From: Eledone cirrhosa
Lineage: Eukaryota
Direction: 5' to 3'
Length of the DNA: 64,000 nucleotides
Assembly (NCBI GenBank): GCA_964016885.1
Contig: OZ024740.1
Location: 73,036,001-73,100,000 of the forward strand
Below are positions 1 to 13,537 of the stretch, one piece after another. The first letter of the stretch is position 1. Each line of letters begins with the position of its first letter. A program made the translations under genes and the position numbers. The notes under the pieces are model-generated. The model was not told the DNA's origin and made no database searches. It worked only from the letters and a program-made list of their open reading frames with translations.

Positions 1-197
1 AGTAGTCTACTAGTGGACTACTACCACCACGTTACTAACTACAGTAGTGTTATCAAAAACAAAAACCTCACAATTTCACACCTGTCTGATGAGCACACGT
101 CAGACGGTTATTGCGCAATCCCTTTGACGTCTTTGAGATACATTTAACACGATTGTACAATAAATAGAGGATGTACATTTAAAACCACCTCTCTTCT

Positions 198-292
<95 letters not shown>

Positions 293-404
293 TTTCACTT
301 CCTTAGAGGACTAACAAAACACTCTGGATCTGAGCGTATCAATGAATTAACAAAGTAAAATCCATTCCAACATTGTTTTCCTGTTTTTTCTGTTCAAGTT
401 GTTA

Positions 405-461
405 CTGCCTGATGAGGTCATAGCTGTTGAATAATGGCTATCACTGAAATATATATAGCAG
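405..461 (+). ncRNA. Minimal type I hammerhead ribozyme motif (Penelope-type)
   Basis: ctgc-CTGATGA-ggtcatagc..gctatcact-GAAA-tatata-TA-gcag: 4-bp helix I, 9-position helix II with one mismatch, palindromic helix III. Confidence 0.7.
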
Positions 462-524
462 CGAATATGAATAAACGAAGCTAATTTTACCCTGTTGACT
501 TACACTTTTTGTTTTTACATTACT

Positions 525-725
525 ACCCAAGTAGAGTCGCTACTTCTCCGAATTGAGAGGCCACAGCTCCGGTACTTTGGGCATGTGGTTAGAATGTCTC
601 AGGAAAGAAGCGCTGGACAGATTTTACGAGGAAACCAACCGGCAAGAGATCAAGAAGTAGACCCCGAGCAAGATAGTTGGATAACATCCATGAACTTGGC
701 TGGTCTCGCTTGGAGAGAAGAAGAA
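525..725 (+). mobile_element. RTE-clade LINE, degenerate ORF C-terminal fragment
   Basis: Translation LLLRIERPQLRYFGHVVRM..., typical of the RTE ORF C-terminus; homologous copy on minus strand at ~20290-20475. Confidence 0.7.
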
Positions 726-890
726 GTGAAACAGATAACGACAACGATGAAGATGGAGGGAAGAGTTAGATAAATTTTACAAACATTTGGAGATTCTGAT
801 TTTACAAACATTGGAGATCAGAAACACAAAGAAAAATAATACAAAATGGAGCAGGACTGTCATGGCTGATTTGACTGATTAATACACAGA

Positions 891-1003
<113 letters not shown>

Positions 1004-1264
1004 ACACACACACATACACAAATATATATACATGTGTGTGTGTGTGTCTGTGTGTGTGTGTGTGTGATGTGTGTTTGTGTGTGCATTTTGTCAGACGAGA
1101 GCATGTTTTGAATTATGTTATACAAAAGCCTTGCATCTTCGAAATACGTATAATCAAATAAATAGAGATGATCTAAAGTAACTATCTTTCGTTTATTTAC
1201 CAGTAATGTACTGGGGTAATTGCTGGCCTTGTGCCAATAGTAGAAACAATTATTATATATGTAT

Positions 1265-1453
1265 TGGATTGGCAGTATTGGTAGAGGGGTCGAACGCCAT
1301 GCTTTGACGCATAGAGTTACGTCCCTTGCCATTCTGTGTTCAACTCCCGCCGAGGTTAACTTTGCCTTTTTATCCTTACGGGGTCGATAAAATAAAGTAC
1401 CAGTTATGCACTGGGCAATTGCTGGCCTTGTGCCAAAATTAGAAACAATTATT
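1265..1453 (+). mobile_element. Young tRNA-derived SINE (~190 bp); partial 3' copy also at ~1195-1254
   Basis: A-box-like TGGCAGTATTGGTAG, B-box-like GTTCAACTCCC, body gccttttatccttacggggtcgataaaataaagtaccag, tail agaaacaattatt; about 20 copies in window. Confidence 0.9.
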
Positions 1454-1503
1454 ATATATGTATATATACATACATACATACATATAAATATATATATACA
1501 TAC

Positions 1504-1571
<68 letters not shown>

Positions 1572-1594
1572 GTATGTGTGTGTGTGTGTGTGTA

Positions 1595-1646
<52 letters not shown>

Positions 1647-1665
1647 TATACATATATATACATAC

Positions 1666-1707
<42 letters not shown>

Positions 1708-1730
1708 ATATATGTATATATATATGTATA

Positions 1731-1830
<100 letters not shown>

Positions 1831-2702
1831 CATATATATATATATATATAAATATGATTTAAATTCAAAAACCAAAGGCTGGAATTAATCCGTCACTCTA
1901 ACGATTCCATCCATTCAACTTACATTGACACCAGTTACCACCAACACAGGTAAAAATTTCTTTATGGAACTGAGAAGCTGACCTTTCATTTTAGAACTAC
2001 ATTTTTTTTTATTTCGTTTCATAAAAACTTTTGGCTTTACCGTATAGAGAACAGCATCGCTTAAATGGCGCCAAACTGCATAAATAATATGTATAGACGC
2101 AGGCAGCAGGCATCAAAAGCAATGATCAATCAATCGCTATAACAAGTGATAACCAATTCCATCGATCAATCACACGGCAGACTTTGTATTACAGACAGGT
2201 TTATCACGGAATATATCACCTTGAAGAAAGATCAGCTTCGACATGTTACAAAAATTACTAGTCACACCTCATTAGAAGCAACATAGCGACCTCGAATAGT
2301 TTTCGAAAGACAAATCGATCAAACGATCGAACATTAAGGGACAAATCAATCAAATATTTCTGAAAGGAAATTATAATAACCTTCATAGTGAATGTTTAAA
2401 CTGAAGCTAGAATGTTAAACTGCTGAATTACTTATTCAATAGGGAGGTTATGTGGATTGTTTTCTCTACCTTATACACCCAACAAAACAACACCAAGTCA
2501 CACAATACACAACATTTACTTTACATAATCAACATCCATATAAATAGTTTCCTCTACTAAATCTTTTCTCCAATACAGGAACTAATAAAAACACCCCAAA
2601 ACCACAATCACAGACCCGCTGTACATTTTATGTATATATATATATATATACGCACATACACACACACTCTCTCTCACACACACACATATATATATATATA
2701 TA

Positions 2703-2891
2703 CAAAGGAATTGTGGTAAGGAACCAGATGGACCATAACGCACCAGAGTACTCAATACTTAGGGTAGTAGAGTGGGAAATAGGAAAAAGTATGACCCCGA
2801 CGGCAGAGCTCAAACCGTTTCGACGGCTATTTCTGGACCAAGAAATAGCCGTCGAAACGGCTTGAGCTCTGTCGTCGGGGTCATACTTTTT

Positions 2892-2896
<5 letters not shown>
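2703..2896. mobile_element. (TA)n-embedded fold-back element, family A
   Basis: ~56-bp arms 2779-2834/2841-2896 plus unpaired ~75-bp extension; homologues at 11393-11482, 38261-38402, 57080-57283. Confidence 0.85.
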
Positions 2897-2954
<58 letters not shown>

Positions 2955-3199
2955 TATTAACTCTACTATTAAACAATCTCATAATTTACTAATATAAAAA
3001 AATCAAAAAATTAAAAGTAAAATAATTAACATTAAAAATTAAAATTAGTAATTAAAATAAGCACCGAAATGTTGGTAGGGAGACGAATTACTTTATCAGG
3101 CCACAGTTATAGATATTACACAGTTTCTGTTGTACTGCGGTGACTTAGAATCTTCACCTTCACATATTATTCTGATGAGAAAAAAGATGATGGTAGAAG

Positions 3200-3312
3200 C
3201 TTAGTTATATAATAAGTTATATATAGTAAGTTATATATAATAAGTTATATATAATAAGTTATATATAATAAGTTATATATAATAAGTTATATATAATAAT
3301 ATAAGTTATATA
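3200..3312. repeat. 14-bp tandem repeat (AGTTATATATAATA)n
   Basis: About 7-8 direct copies visible. Confidence 0.85.
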
Positions 3313-3764
3313 AATGCTTTTTGCGTTATCAATCATCTAGGTACACCTTGGTAAGATTTAGTCGGTTACTGTCCAAACTGAAACGTAATTATATTTCCAA
3401 GTTGTTTGATACTTCAATAAATTGGAAGACGAACAGTGTACCCCAATCCTTTCGTTCCTGGGCTACAACCCTCTAGAATCCGTTTTCTGAGATTCCACGC
3501 TTTTCCTACAAATATTGACACAGAAGCAAATGTTCAACTGCATCAATCTCGCCAGTTTGGTAAGGGGAAGAGGGGGCAAAGATCATGAGCACCCTTCCTT
3601 CTCCACTAACACATACACATACACACACGCGCGCGCGCGCGCGCACAAAAGACGCACAAAGACACACCTGCAAATACACATAAACAAAACACAAACACCC
3701 ATATATATGTATGCACATGTGTGTATGTACCAAGACTCCCTTTGAGTACAGACCTCATGAGGGT

Positions 3765-4125
3765 GAATGTGCGTAGTCTGATATTTAGGGTATTGGGTTC
3801 GATTTCTGGACCGAGAGGCGCATCGTGTCCTTGAGCAAGACGCTTCATTATCACGTTGCTTCCCGTGATATGACTGGGGCCCCTATCATTAAAATACACG
3901 AGAGACCTCATGTGAGATACAATCTCGTTTTGGCCAAATATACATAGGTGCGAGCTGTAAATTTCCTCTGATGGACATTCGAATATTTTCATTCCACGGA
4001 GTTTCATCACAAGGTTTGGGTTAATTCGGGGCTAGGGTAAATGATACTTGCTCAAAATGCCACACAGTGGAATCGAATGCGGGATCTTATGGTTGCGAAG
4101 CTAATTCTTTAACTATTTAAACATG
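3765..4125. mobile_element. Older SINE fragments (related pieces at ~34150-34245, 41320-41625, 44890-45120)
   Basis: gggttcgat B-box-like motif followed by gtgtccttgagcaagac core; reverse-strand partial copy adjacent. Confidence 0.55.
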
Positions 4126-4149
4126 TTGTGTCCACAAAAGGAGCATTAA

Positions 4150-4665
4150 TGATATAAGGAGAGTTAGTTGGTATTATTACAAGGATATAGGGAGTAAGTT
4201 ATTATTATCACCAGGATATAATGTAAGTTAGTATTATTACAAGGAATAAGTTAGTACTATTACATTAGAGGACACAGAGAGTAAGTTAGTATTATTACAA
4301 GGACATAGAGAGTAAGTTAGTACTATTACATTACAGGACATAGAGAGTAAGTTAGTAGTATTACAAGGATATAGAGAGTAAGTTAGTAGTATTACAAGGA
4401 TATAGAGAGTAAGTTAGTAGTATTACTAGGACATAGCGAGTGTTAGTTATTAGTATTACAAGGATATAATTGTTTCTACTTTTGGCACAAGGCCAGCAAA
4501 TACCCAGTGTATTACTGGTACTTTATTTTATCGACCCAATAAGGATGAAAGGCAAAGTTAACAAGGATAAAATGTGAGTAAGTTAGTATTATTACAAGAT
4601 CATAGCGAGAGTCAGTTAATAATGTTACAAGGATATAATGTGGTTTATTATTATTACAAAGACTT
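4150..4665. repeat. Degenerate ~31-bp minisatellite
   Basis: Unit gagagtaagttagtagtattacaaggatata repeated with decay; interrupted by a SINE piece at ~4470-4562. Confidence 0.8.
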
Positions 4666-5244
4666 AGGGTCGGACGCCTTGCTTTCTAGCATAGAGTTAC
4701 GCCCCTTTACGGTCTGAGTTCAAATCCCGCCAAGGTTAACTTTGCCTTTCATCCTTGCGGGGTCGATAAAATAAAGCACCAGTAATAAACTGGGATAATT
4801 CCTGGCCTTGTGCCTAACGTAGAAACAATTATTACAAGGATATAGCCAGAGTAAGTTACTAGTATTATAAGGATATCATATAAGTTAGTATTATTAGCAT
4901 AGTTACGTCCCTTTACAATCTGAGTTCAAATCCCGCCGAGGTTGACTTTGCCTTTCATCCTTACGGGGTCGATAAAATAAAGTACCAGTAATGCACTGGG
5001 TAATTGCTGACCTTGTGCCTAAAGTAGAAACAATTATTACAAGAGTGTAAAAAAGGGCGGGGAATTGGCAGTATCGGTAGAGGGTTGGACACCATGCTTT
5101 CTAGCATAGTTACGTCCCTTTACGGTCTGAGTTCTAATCCCACCGAAGTTAGCTTTGCCTTTCATCCTTACGGAGTCGATAAAATAAAATACCAGTAATG
5201 TACTGGGTAATTGCTGGCCTTGTGCCTAAAGTAGAAACAATTAT
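4666..5244 (+). mobile_element. Three head-to-tail copies of the young SINE
   Basis: Copies at ~4666-4833, 4896-5038, 5056-5244, each ending agaaacaatt. Confidence 0.9.
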
Positions 5245-6221
5245 ATTATCATTGACCATAGAATGTACTTTAATGTTAAGTGAACTAAGTGAAGGATGGG
5301 GAATCTATAAGATCTTTCGACCTGCTAGAAAAAGCAGTCAACTCTCTTTCATATCAATCCATACCAACCTAAAAATGGAAGGACTCATCGGATAACATAG
5401 CCATAAAGAAAACTATGTAAGAAAAATAAAGATGTGTTAAGTCACGGCTATAACAACTTCAATGATAGATCTTCACGATGAAGATTACGCTGGGAAAAAA
5501 ACAACAATAGCAACAACAACAACAATTTCTACTACAATTGCAACAACAGCAACCGATAGAAACTTAAGTTAAGCATGAATCACAACGGCCTTTGACAAGA
5601 CCGGCTATGGTTCTGTTAAACATAGGTTCTCATTTTAGCTGTATATAACAAACTATATATATGAACCGGCTTTAATATGTGTTATATAGAATCTCGCTAT
5701 TATACGAGATGCTGTATATGCTATGCTATATATACATCTAAGACATTAAAAACGATAACAACATCAATTATTAAATCGAAACCAATAAAAACTACTATGA
5801 TAAACAATTAATATAATCCAGTCGACATCAATTAAAGGTTAAATAAATCTACAACAACCCAAATAATCATCACTTTAGCTAATGAAGCTAGCATTTAATG
5901 AAAATGTGACAGATTAGCAGTATGTTAGATAAAGAGTGATGTACTATGACATACGTAAAAAAATCTCTATTAATTGAAAATTTGCCCTAAAGTTGGAGAA
6001 AGAAAATCAGTGGTAATTGTTAGCGACTCTCAAAGAAAAGGGCGTATAATTTCAAGAAATTAAGAATTAATTTCACAAAACTATTCATTTACATAAGTTG
6101 TGGAGGGGTTGATGTTTGTTAGCTGGTAAGGTGTAATTCAGCCTCTTCGATCATGTATCGGAATGTGCGAGAGGAGCTTAAAAAGCGGATACTTAAACCA
6201 TATATTCACCTTGGATACACT

Positions 6222-6334
<113 letters not shown>

Positions 6335-6539
6335 CAACAGTTTCTGATTTAGGCACAAGGCCAACAATTTGGGGAGAGGGGAAAGTCGAATAAATCGACC
6401 TCAGTGCATTACTGGTACTTTATTTTATAGACCTGGTAAGGATGAAAGGTAAAGCTAACATACAGAGTTCGGTGGGGTATTTGAAACATCAAAACGCTCA
6501 CTGCTTTAGTGTCATTAGATCTATGTTGTACTTTAGCAA

Positions 6540-6663
6540 CAATTACATAATTTGTTTATGTTTTTGTGACCTCTGTAACGAGGAAATATACTCCATCCTT
6601 TCCAAACTCTCCGACTCATTAAAGACAAGATAACAATTAATTTCCAAATGCCGTCACGATTAG
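6540..6663 (+). pseudogene. Penelope-like GIY-YIG endonuclease C-terminal remnant
   Basis: Reads CDLCNEEIYSILSKLSDSLKTR*QLISKCRH, aligning by eye to CRLCSQELFEIM..LLNKRQELIISCNH of the 36.5-kb element. Confidence 0.6.
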
Positions 6664-6891
6664 TAATTCAATTTCTCAACCTCAACAGAGCTGTTGACCT
6701 TATAAGAAGTGCAATCATCCAAAAGAAGAAGAAGTCCTTATACCTCCTCTCCCTCCGTTCCGTACATAAACAAATCGGAAGTGAGCCATCCATGGAACAA
6801 GTGTTTAACACTGATCGTCAGAAAGAGGCTACTCAAGCCACTGACCAACACCGTATAAGGAAAGGTCAAGGACACGATCATCAATGTCTCA

Positions 6892-7249
6892 ATAATTGTT
6901 TCTACTTTAGGCAAAAGGCCAGCAATTACCCAGTGCATTACTGGTACTTTATTTTATCGACCCCGTAAGGATGAAAGACAAAGTCAACCTCGGCGGGATT
7001 TGAATTCAGATCGTAAAGGGACGTAACTATGATCTGAGTTCAAATCCATCAATGTCTCAATAATTGTTTCTACATTTGGCACAAGGCCAGCAATTACCCA
7101 GTACATTACTGGTACTTTATTTTATCGACCCCGTAAGGATGAAAGGCAAAGTTAACCTCGGCGGGATTTGAACTCAGACTGTAAAGGGACGTAACTATGC
7201 TGGAAAGCATGGTGTCCAACCCTCTACCGATACTGCCAATTCACCGCCC
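6892..7249 (-). mobile_element. Two tandem young SINEs at one target site
   Basis: Target catcaatgtctcaataat present three times (6879, 7047, 7249). Confidence 0.9.
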
Positions 7250-7394
7250 ATCAATGTCTCAATAATGAAATATAATAAGCCTGGACTATAACATTATTGT
7301 AAATATTTACTCTATCAAAGGTAATGAGTTCTCTTTTATATTGTTGGCTGTAGTGCTGTATGTGCAATAAAATAAACACATTATTACCTATGTT

Positions 7395-7516
<122 letters not shown>

Positions 7517-7529
7517 TGAGACTGTGTGT

Positions 7530-7711
7530 GCGAGTTCTGGGTTGGGTTCAATCGAGAACAATCACAGTTAGTAAGGTATTCAATACATTAGTAGAGTGTA
7601 AACATCATGTTTAATATAGAAATGGCTTCTACAGGACTAGAACTGTTTCTTGATGATTTCATCTAAATGAAACCGTTCTAATCCTGTAGCAGACATTTCT
7701 ATATTAAACAT
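7530..7711. mobile_element. (TA/TG)n-embedded fold-back element, family B
   Basis: Inverted arms within 7607-7711 around ttgatgatttcatctaaatGAAAc; extension contains gtattcaatac; homologues at 26190-26325 and 27443-27633. Confidence 0.75.
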
Positions 7712-7842
7712 TATATATATATATATGTGTGTGTGTGTGCAATAAATTTAAGATTCCAATCTCCCTCTTCCTTTTCTTCTCTCTGTCTCTCTCCTACTCC
7801 CCTATCTTTCTCTTTCTTCATCTATCTATCTATAAAGAAAGA

Positions 7843-7905
<63 letters not shown>

Positions 7906-7906
<1 letters not shown>

Positions 7907-8808
7907 GATCAGTGGAGACTCCACTTCGTCATTCTATAGAGGGTTGGTCCGCAGCAAGTGCGGCGACGCGCTCGGTGAAACTCTAGGCGTAGAGGAAGAT
8001 GAACTGGCCAGTCTGTTCGGTAGGACCTTCCGCCCGGGACCGATGGACAACTTCCAAAAGTCCCTGGCCTGGCAGTGCTACCGAGGAGCTCTACCAGTTC
8101 GAGACAAGCTCTACAGACATGGGCGCCCGGGCAGGGACCCTGCAAAAAAGATCTGTCCGAGGTGCGTGCGAGACGAAGAAACCGTCGCGCACGCATTCAT
8201 ACACTGCCCGAGCGTCACTGACCTGTGGGGCTATGTAGAACGACTATTGTCGCGGGTGGGACCAATCCAGTTGACCACCGAGTCCATTGTCATGATCAAA
8301 CCGCCACCCTCCTTCAAAAACGAAGGAGAGGCGGTTTTCCTTTGTGTGATAGCTATGGCGAAAGAGGTTGTATGGTGGACAAGGTTGAAAGGGCTGAGGT
8401 CAGACACCTTTCTCTCCGGCCAACAACTGATTCTTTTTTTCAAATACCACTTTGGAAGAAGAATCAGGATGGAGAGAGAGGTGCTGTACCCCAGCAAGTT
8501 TTATGAAAGGTGGGTGAAAGTGGCGCGAATGGCCCGAGTGAATGGGCCTTCTCTCTATATCAGCCTGTAGGTTGAGGAAAAGGAGGAGGAGAGGAAAGGA
8601 GTACAAGCTCTTCGTACTCCTGGAGATGAGGGTTGCACATTTTTTTTCGGGGGTATGTGTTACCCATATAAACTGTCTCCCTCTATTGGGGAAAATCGAC
8701 TAACTTTTAAATTCCATCTGTGATAACATTTTACACGTTTTTATTGAATGTAAACTTCCCCCTTTGTATTTGTCCCCTTCTTTTGTGCCCCTGTGGCTAA
8801 TAAAGAAA
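7906..8808 (+). mobile_element. Tx1/L1-clade LINE, 5'-truncated copy 1
   Basis: ORF 7944-8570 with C-terminal zinc-knuckle CPRC..ETVAHAFIHC; 3' UTR ends gctaataaagaaa followed by (TATC)n. Confidence 0.85.
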
Positions 8809-8870
8809 TATATCTATCTATCTATCTATCTATCTACTCGTCGGGGCTAATAAAGAAATATATCTATCTA

Positions 8871-9882
8871 CTCGTCTCGCTGACCGAGCTGCAGTCCTAG
8901 GTCAAGCAAAGACCGAGGAAAATGGGCGACTGGCACACCGAATGTGCTCAGGCGCTCACAGCCCTCTGGCAGGCGGACCCGGCGATCAGTGGAGACACCA
9001 CTTCGTCATTCTATAGAGGGTTGGTCCGCAGCAAGTGCGACGACACGCTCGGAGAAACTCTAGGCGTAGAGGAAGATGAACTGGCCAGTCTGTTCGGTAG
9101 GACCTTCTGCCCGGGACCGATGGACAACTTCCAAAAGTCCCTGGCCTGGCAGTGCTACCGAGGAGCTCTACCAGTTCGAGACAAGCTCTACAGACATGGG
9201 CGCCCGGGCAGGGACCCTTCGAAAAAGATCTGTCCGAGATGCGTGCGAGACGAAAAAACCGTCGCGCCCGCATTCGTATACTGCCCGGGCGTTACCGACC
9301 TGTGGGGCTATGTAGAACGACTATTGTCGCGGGTGGGACCAATGCGGTTGACCACCGAGTCCATTGTCATGATCAAACCGCCACCCTCCTTCAAAAACGA
9401 AGGAAAGGCGGTTTTCCTTTATGTGATAGCTATGGTGAAAGAGGTTGTATGGTGGACGAGGTTAAAAGGGCTGAGGTCAGATACCTTTCTCTCCGGCCAA
9501 CAACTGATTCTTTTTTTCAAATACCACTTTGGAAGAAGAATCAGGATGGAGAGAGAGGTGCTGTACCCCAGCAAGTTTTATGAAAGGTGGGTGAAAGTGG
9601 CGAGAATGGCCCGAGTGAATGGGCCTTCTCTCTATATCAGCCTGTAGGTTGAGGAAAAAGAGGAAGAGAGGAAAGGGGTACTCACTCTTCGTACTCCTGG
9701 AGATGAGGGTTACACATTTTTTCGGGCGTATGTGTTACCCATATGTAATGTCTCCCCCTATTGGGGAAAATTGATTAATTTTTAAATTGCATTTGTGATA
9801 GTATTTTACACGTTTTTATTGTATGCAAACTTCCCCCTTTGTATTTGTCCCCTTCTTTTGTGCCCCTGTGGCTAATAAAGAA
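8871..9882 (+). mobile_element. Tx1/L1-clade LINE, 5'-truncated copy 2
   Basis: ORF 8922-9647 nearly identical to copy 1 but with a different 5' truncation point; same 3' end followed by (TATC)n. Confidence 0.85.
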
Positions 9883-9985
9883 ACATATCTATCTATCTCT
9901 GCATCAGACTCACACATACACTCACTAAACACTCTTACACAGAAAAATCTAATGTTACTTAAAATAGGTGGGAGGTGGGGAAGTG

Positions 9986-10020
<35 letters not shown>

Positions 10021-10196
10021 GAGAGAGAGAGAGAGAGGTGGAGAGAGAGGGGGAGAGAGAAAGGAAAGAAAGAGATTTAATACTTTATTTAAATGTCTTA
10101 ATATATTTCCCAACAAAATCATTAGACTAAGAATTCAAACGACGCATGCGAAATGAAGACTGCAAAAACATGCAACTGAAAATTTTTGAAACTACG

Positions 10197-10210
10197 GTTG
10201 CTATGGATAC
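10197..10210 (-). promoter_or_regulatory. Candidate RFX X-box
   Basis: GTATCCATAGCAAC on minus strand fits the RTHNYYWTRRNRAC consensus; lies in a unique GC-richer island between GA repeats. Confidence 0.35.
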
Positions 10211-10995
10211 GAAGGGAGCCAGCATCTCCGACATCCCCCGTGCCTCCCCAATGGATGGGATGCGCCGTCCCAATTAGTGCTATTGAAAATCTCTGCTTAT
10301 CACTTATACTCGCCGACGGAGCATGAGACGCCCAGTGTTAAATCACAAGTGGAGCGTTGACTACAAAAACACAAGTCAGAGAGGGAGACAGAGAGAGAGA
10401 GGGGGAGAGAGAGGGAGCGAGAGAGAATGTGTGTGTGAGAGAGAGAGGGAGACAGTAGGAGAGAAAGAGTATGTGTGAAAGAGAGAGAGAGAGTGAGAGA
10501 GAGAGAGAGAGAAAGATAGAGAGGCAGTGTGAGTGCGTGAGAGAGATGGAGATAGGAGGAGAGAAAGAGTATGTGTGAAAGAGAGAGAGAGAGAGTGAGA
10601 GAGAGAGAGAGAGAAAGATAGAGAGGCAGTGTGAGTGCGTGAGAGAGATGGAGATAGGAGGAGAGAAAGAGTATGTGTGAAAGAAAGAGAGAGAGGGAGA
10701 GAGAGCGAGAGAAAGAGAGAGCGATAAAGAGAGAGAAAGATAGAGAGACAGTGTGTGTGCGTAAGAGAGAGAGAGAGAGTGTATGTGTGTAAAAGTTAAT
10801 GCTAAAGGAGAGTGTGTGTGCATGTTTCAGAAAGCGAGAGTGAGAGAGGAAGAGAAAGATTCATATTGGTTGGAGCAGACGACTCAGTCAGTCGTTTAGG
10901 TATCATGGCGTGTAGTTGTTAACACGCCTGTTTACCTGTAATGTAATGGAATGGAATGATGTACATGCATGCATATATACGTATATCATACATAT

Positions 10996-11069
<74 letters not shown>

Positions 11070-11107
11070 ATAATGTTATTTTAATAAATATATATATATA
11101 TATATAT

Positions 11108-11160
<53 letters not shown>

Positions 11161-11362
11161 TATATATCTATATATATACACACACACACATATATATATA
11201 TATACATACACACACACGTGCACATATACGCATACGCACACATACATTCATGCATACAAACATGCAAGTGAAGATCACATTAGAAGCCACCCGGCTTTTA
11301 AAACGGCAGACGAAGCAAAGTATGTTATTATATATAGATATCTATCTATAGGAATACTCCCC

Positions 11363-11393
<31 letters not shown>

Positions 11394-11627
11394 CGGAGGA
11401 GTTGTGGTACGGAACCAGATGGACCATAACGCACCAGAGTACTCAATACTTAGGGTAGTAGAGTGGGTCATACTTTCTCCTATATATATATGTGTGTATG
11501 TATGTATGTGTGTATGTATTCATTTCATAAAGGCTAAATAGTGAGTCTTGTTTATCACAGGCTCATAATATAAGAACACTCTCGCACACACACACATACA
11601 CACATACACACACACACATAACATATG

Positions 11628-11660
<33 letters not shown>

Positions 11661-11730
11661 ATAAGTAATAATAATAAATTTGAAGACTAAAATCTAAAGA
11701 GGGCTCGATAAGGATAAATATATATTTGTT

Positions 11731-11781
11731 AGTTTCAGAAGATCCCGTTAAGGGTGAAAGCAGCGATTCTTTGCTTAAACT
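11731..11781 (+). ncRNA. Hammerhead-like motif with variant core (CAGAAGA)
   Basis: agttt-CAGAAGA-tcccgttaagggt-GAAA-gca..tgc-TT-aaact; identical copy at 26585-26635. Confidence 0.55.
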
Positions 11782-11801
11782 TTAATCTGTTATTTTAATA
11801 A

Positions 11802-11868
<67 letters not shown>

Positions 11869-12262
11869 CACACAGAGGTATCCACTGTAAGTTGTGGGGT
11901 CTATTCTGTATGAAGAACTCAATGTAATCCATATGTTGAAAATGTTGTAGGTTAAGATAAATCTCAGAAAACAATACAACATTAAAAGGAAAACAGAGTC
12001 ATGATATAAGTTAAAACAATGAAATAAAAAAATCAAGTCATTAGAGATATACTTCACTGCTATACGTACATACATACATATATACATACAAACATACATA
12101 CATACATATATATTCTTTGGAAAATGTTGGAATCTCGAACGCAGAAAATAACTGTGAACACAACTGATTCTTATAGAGAATAGCTTGCGTCCCTGACCAT
12201 ATTTCCCCCGACTCATATTTTGGAGTTCATAAGCAAACAGTTTTTCAAACAATACTTTTCTC

Positions 12263-12332
<70 letters not shown>

Positions 12333-12336
12333 TATA

Positions 12337-12400
<64 letters not shown>

Positions 12401-12531
12401 ATGTGTGTATGTGTGTCTATGTGTGTGTGTGTGTGTATGTGTCTGTGCGTGAGTGTTCTTGTGATAAACAAGACTCACTATTTAGCCTTTATGAAATGAA
12501 TACATACACACATACATACATACATACACAC

Positions 12532-12581
<50 letters not shown>

Positions 12582-13537
12582 AATCCTAAGCGCAAGCATC
12601 TATCTGTCTTGTAAAGCAATAAGAATAGTGTCTTGTATTTACTTTTTTCTAACATAGACACAAAGCCAGTAATTTGGGGAGGAGGGATCAATTAAATCTA
12701 CCCCAGTGCATAACTGGTACTTAATTTGATCGACCCTGAAAGAATATACGTTTATGTATATGTATTTGTGTGTGTGTGCATGTTTTTAGGAACACATATA
12801 TGTATGCATCAATGTGTGTGGGAATATATGTGTGAGTTTGCATGTATGAATGAGTGTGTAAGTATGAATGTGTGTGATGTCTGTATGCATGTATGTATGT
12901 GAATGCACATGTGAGTGTATGTGTATATGTGTGTGTATGTATGTGTGCTTGTGTGTATAATATACTTATGAGTGTGTATGTGTATATGCATGTGTGTTCG
13001 TATATGCGTGTGAGTATGTATGTGTGCATGTGTATATATCTAAATGTATGTGAGTGTGGGTGAATGTATGTGCTTCTGCGTGTGTATATGTGTGTGTGCT
13101 TTTGTGTGTGTATGCCTGTGTGTGCTTCTATGTGTGTATGTATGTGTGCGTGTGTGTGTATGTATGTGTGTGCCTCTGTGCGTATGTATGTCTGTGTGCC
13201 ATTGTGTGCATGGGTATGCGTGTGTGTGTCTTTAAATAAAGATCAGTCAGAATTTATCATAAATTATTGATTTTTCATGTGACATTTCGGAAATATCTAA
13301 ACAACTGGACGACCGAGTAAATTAATTAGGTCTGTGTTCTATTTTAATTAATGGATTCTAATTTGGGCACAATGATAGTAATGTGGGCGGAGCGTGACGA
13401 TTATATTGACCCCAGTATTTGGTAAATATAACGGACCCTTAACTTCTAATGAAGTCGTAGGAACGCTGTGCTTATATACAGCATGTCTTAGACATTTTAA
13501 ACCTGGCAGTGTTCATCCCTCTTTATGTTTGAATATA

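Noticed and set aside
80-135. CTGATGA near 86, plus similar hits at ~3172, 42574(-), 46547 and 50865(-)
   Set aside because: No correctly placed GAAA/UH or helix I partner; at best decayed, not called as ribozymes.
1265-1350. SINE heads as functional tRNA genes
   Set aside because: A/B-box-like motifs only, no complete cloverleaf, always fused to the SINE body.
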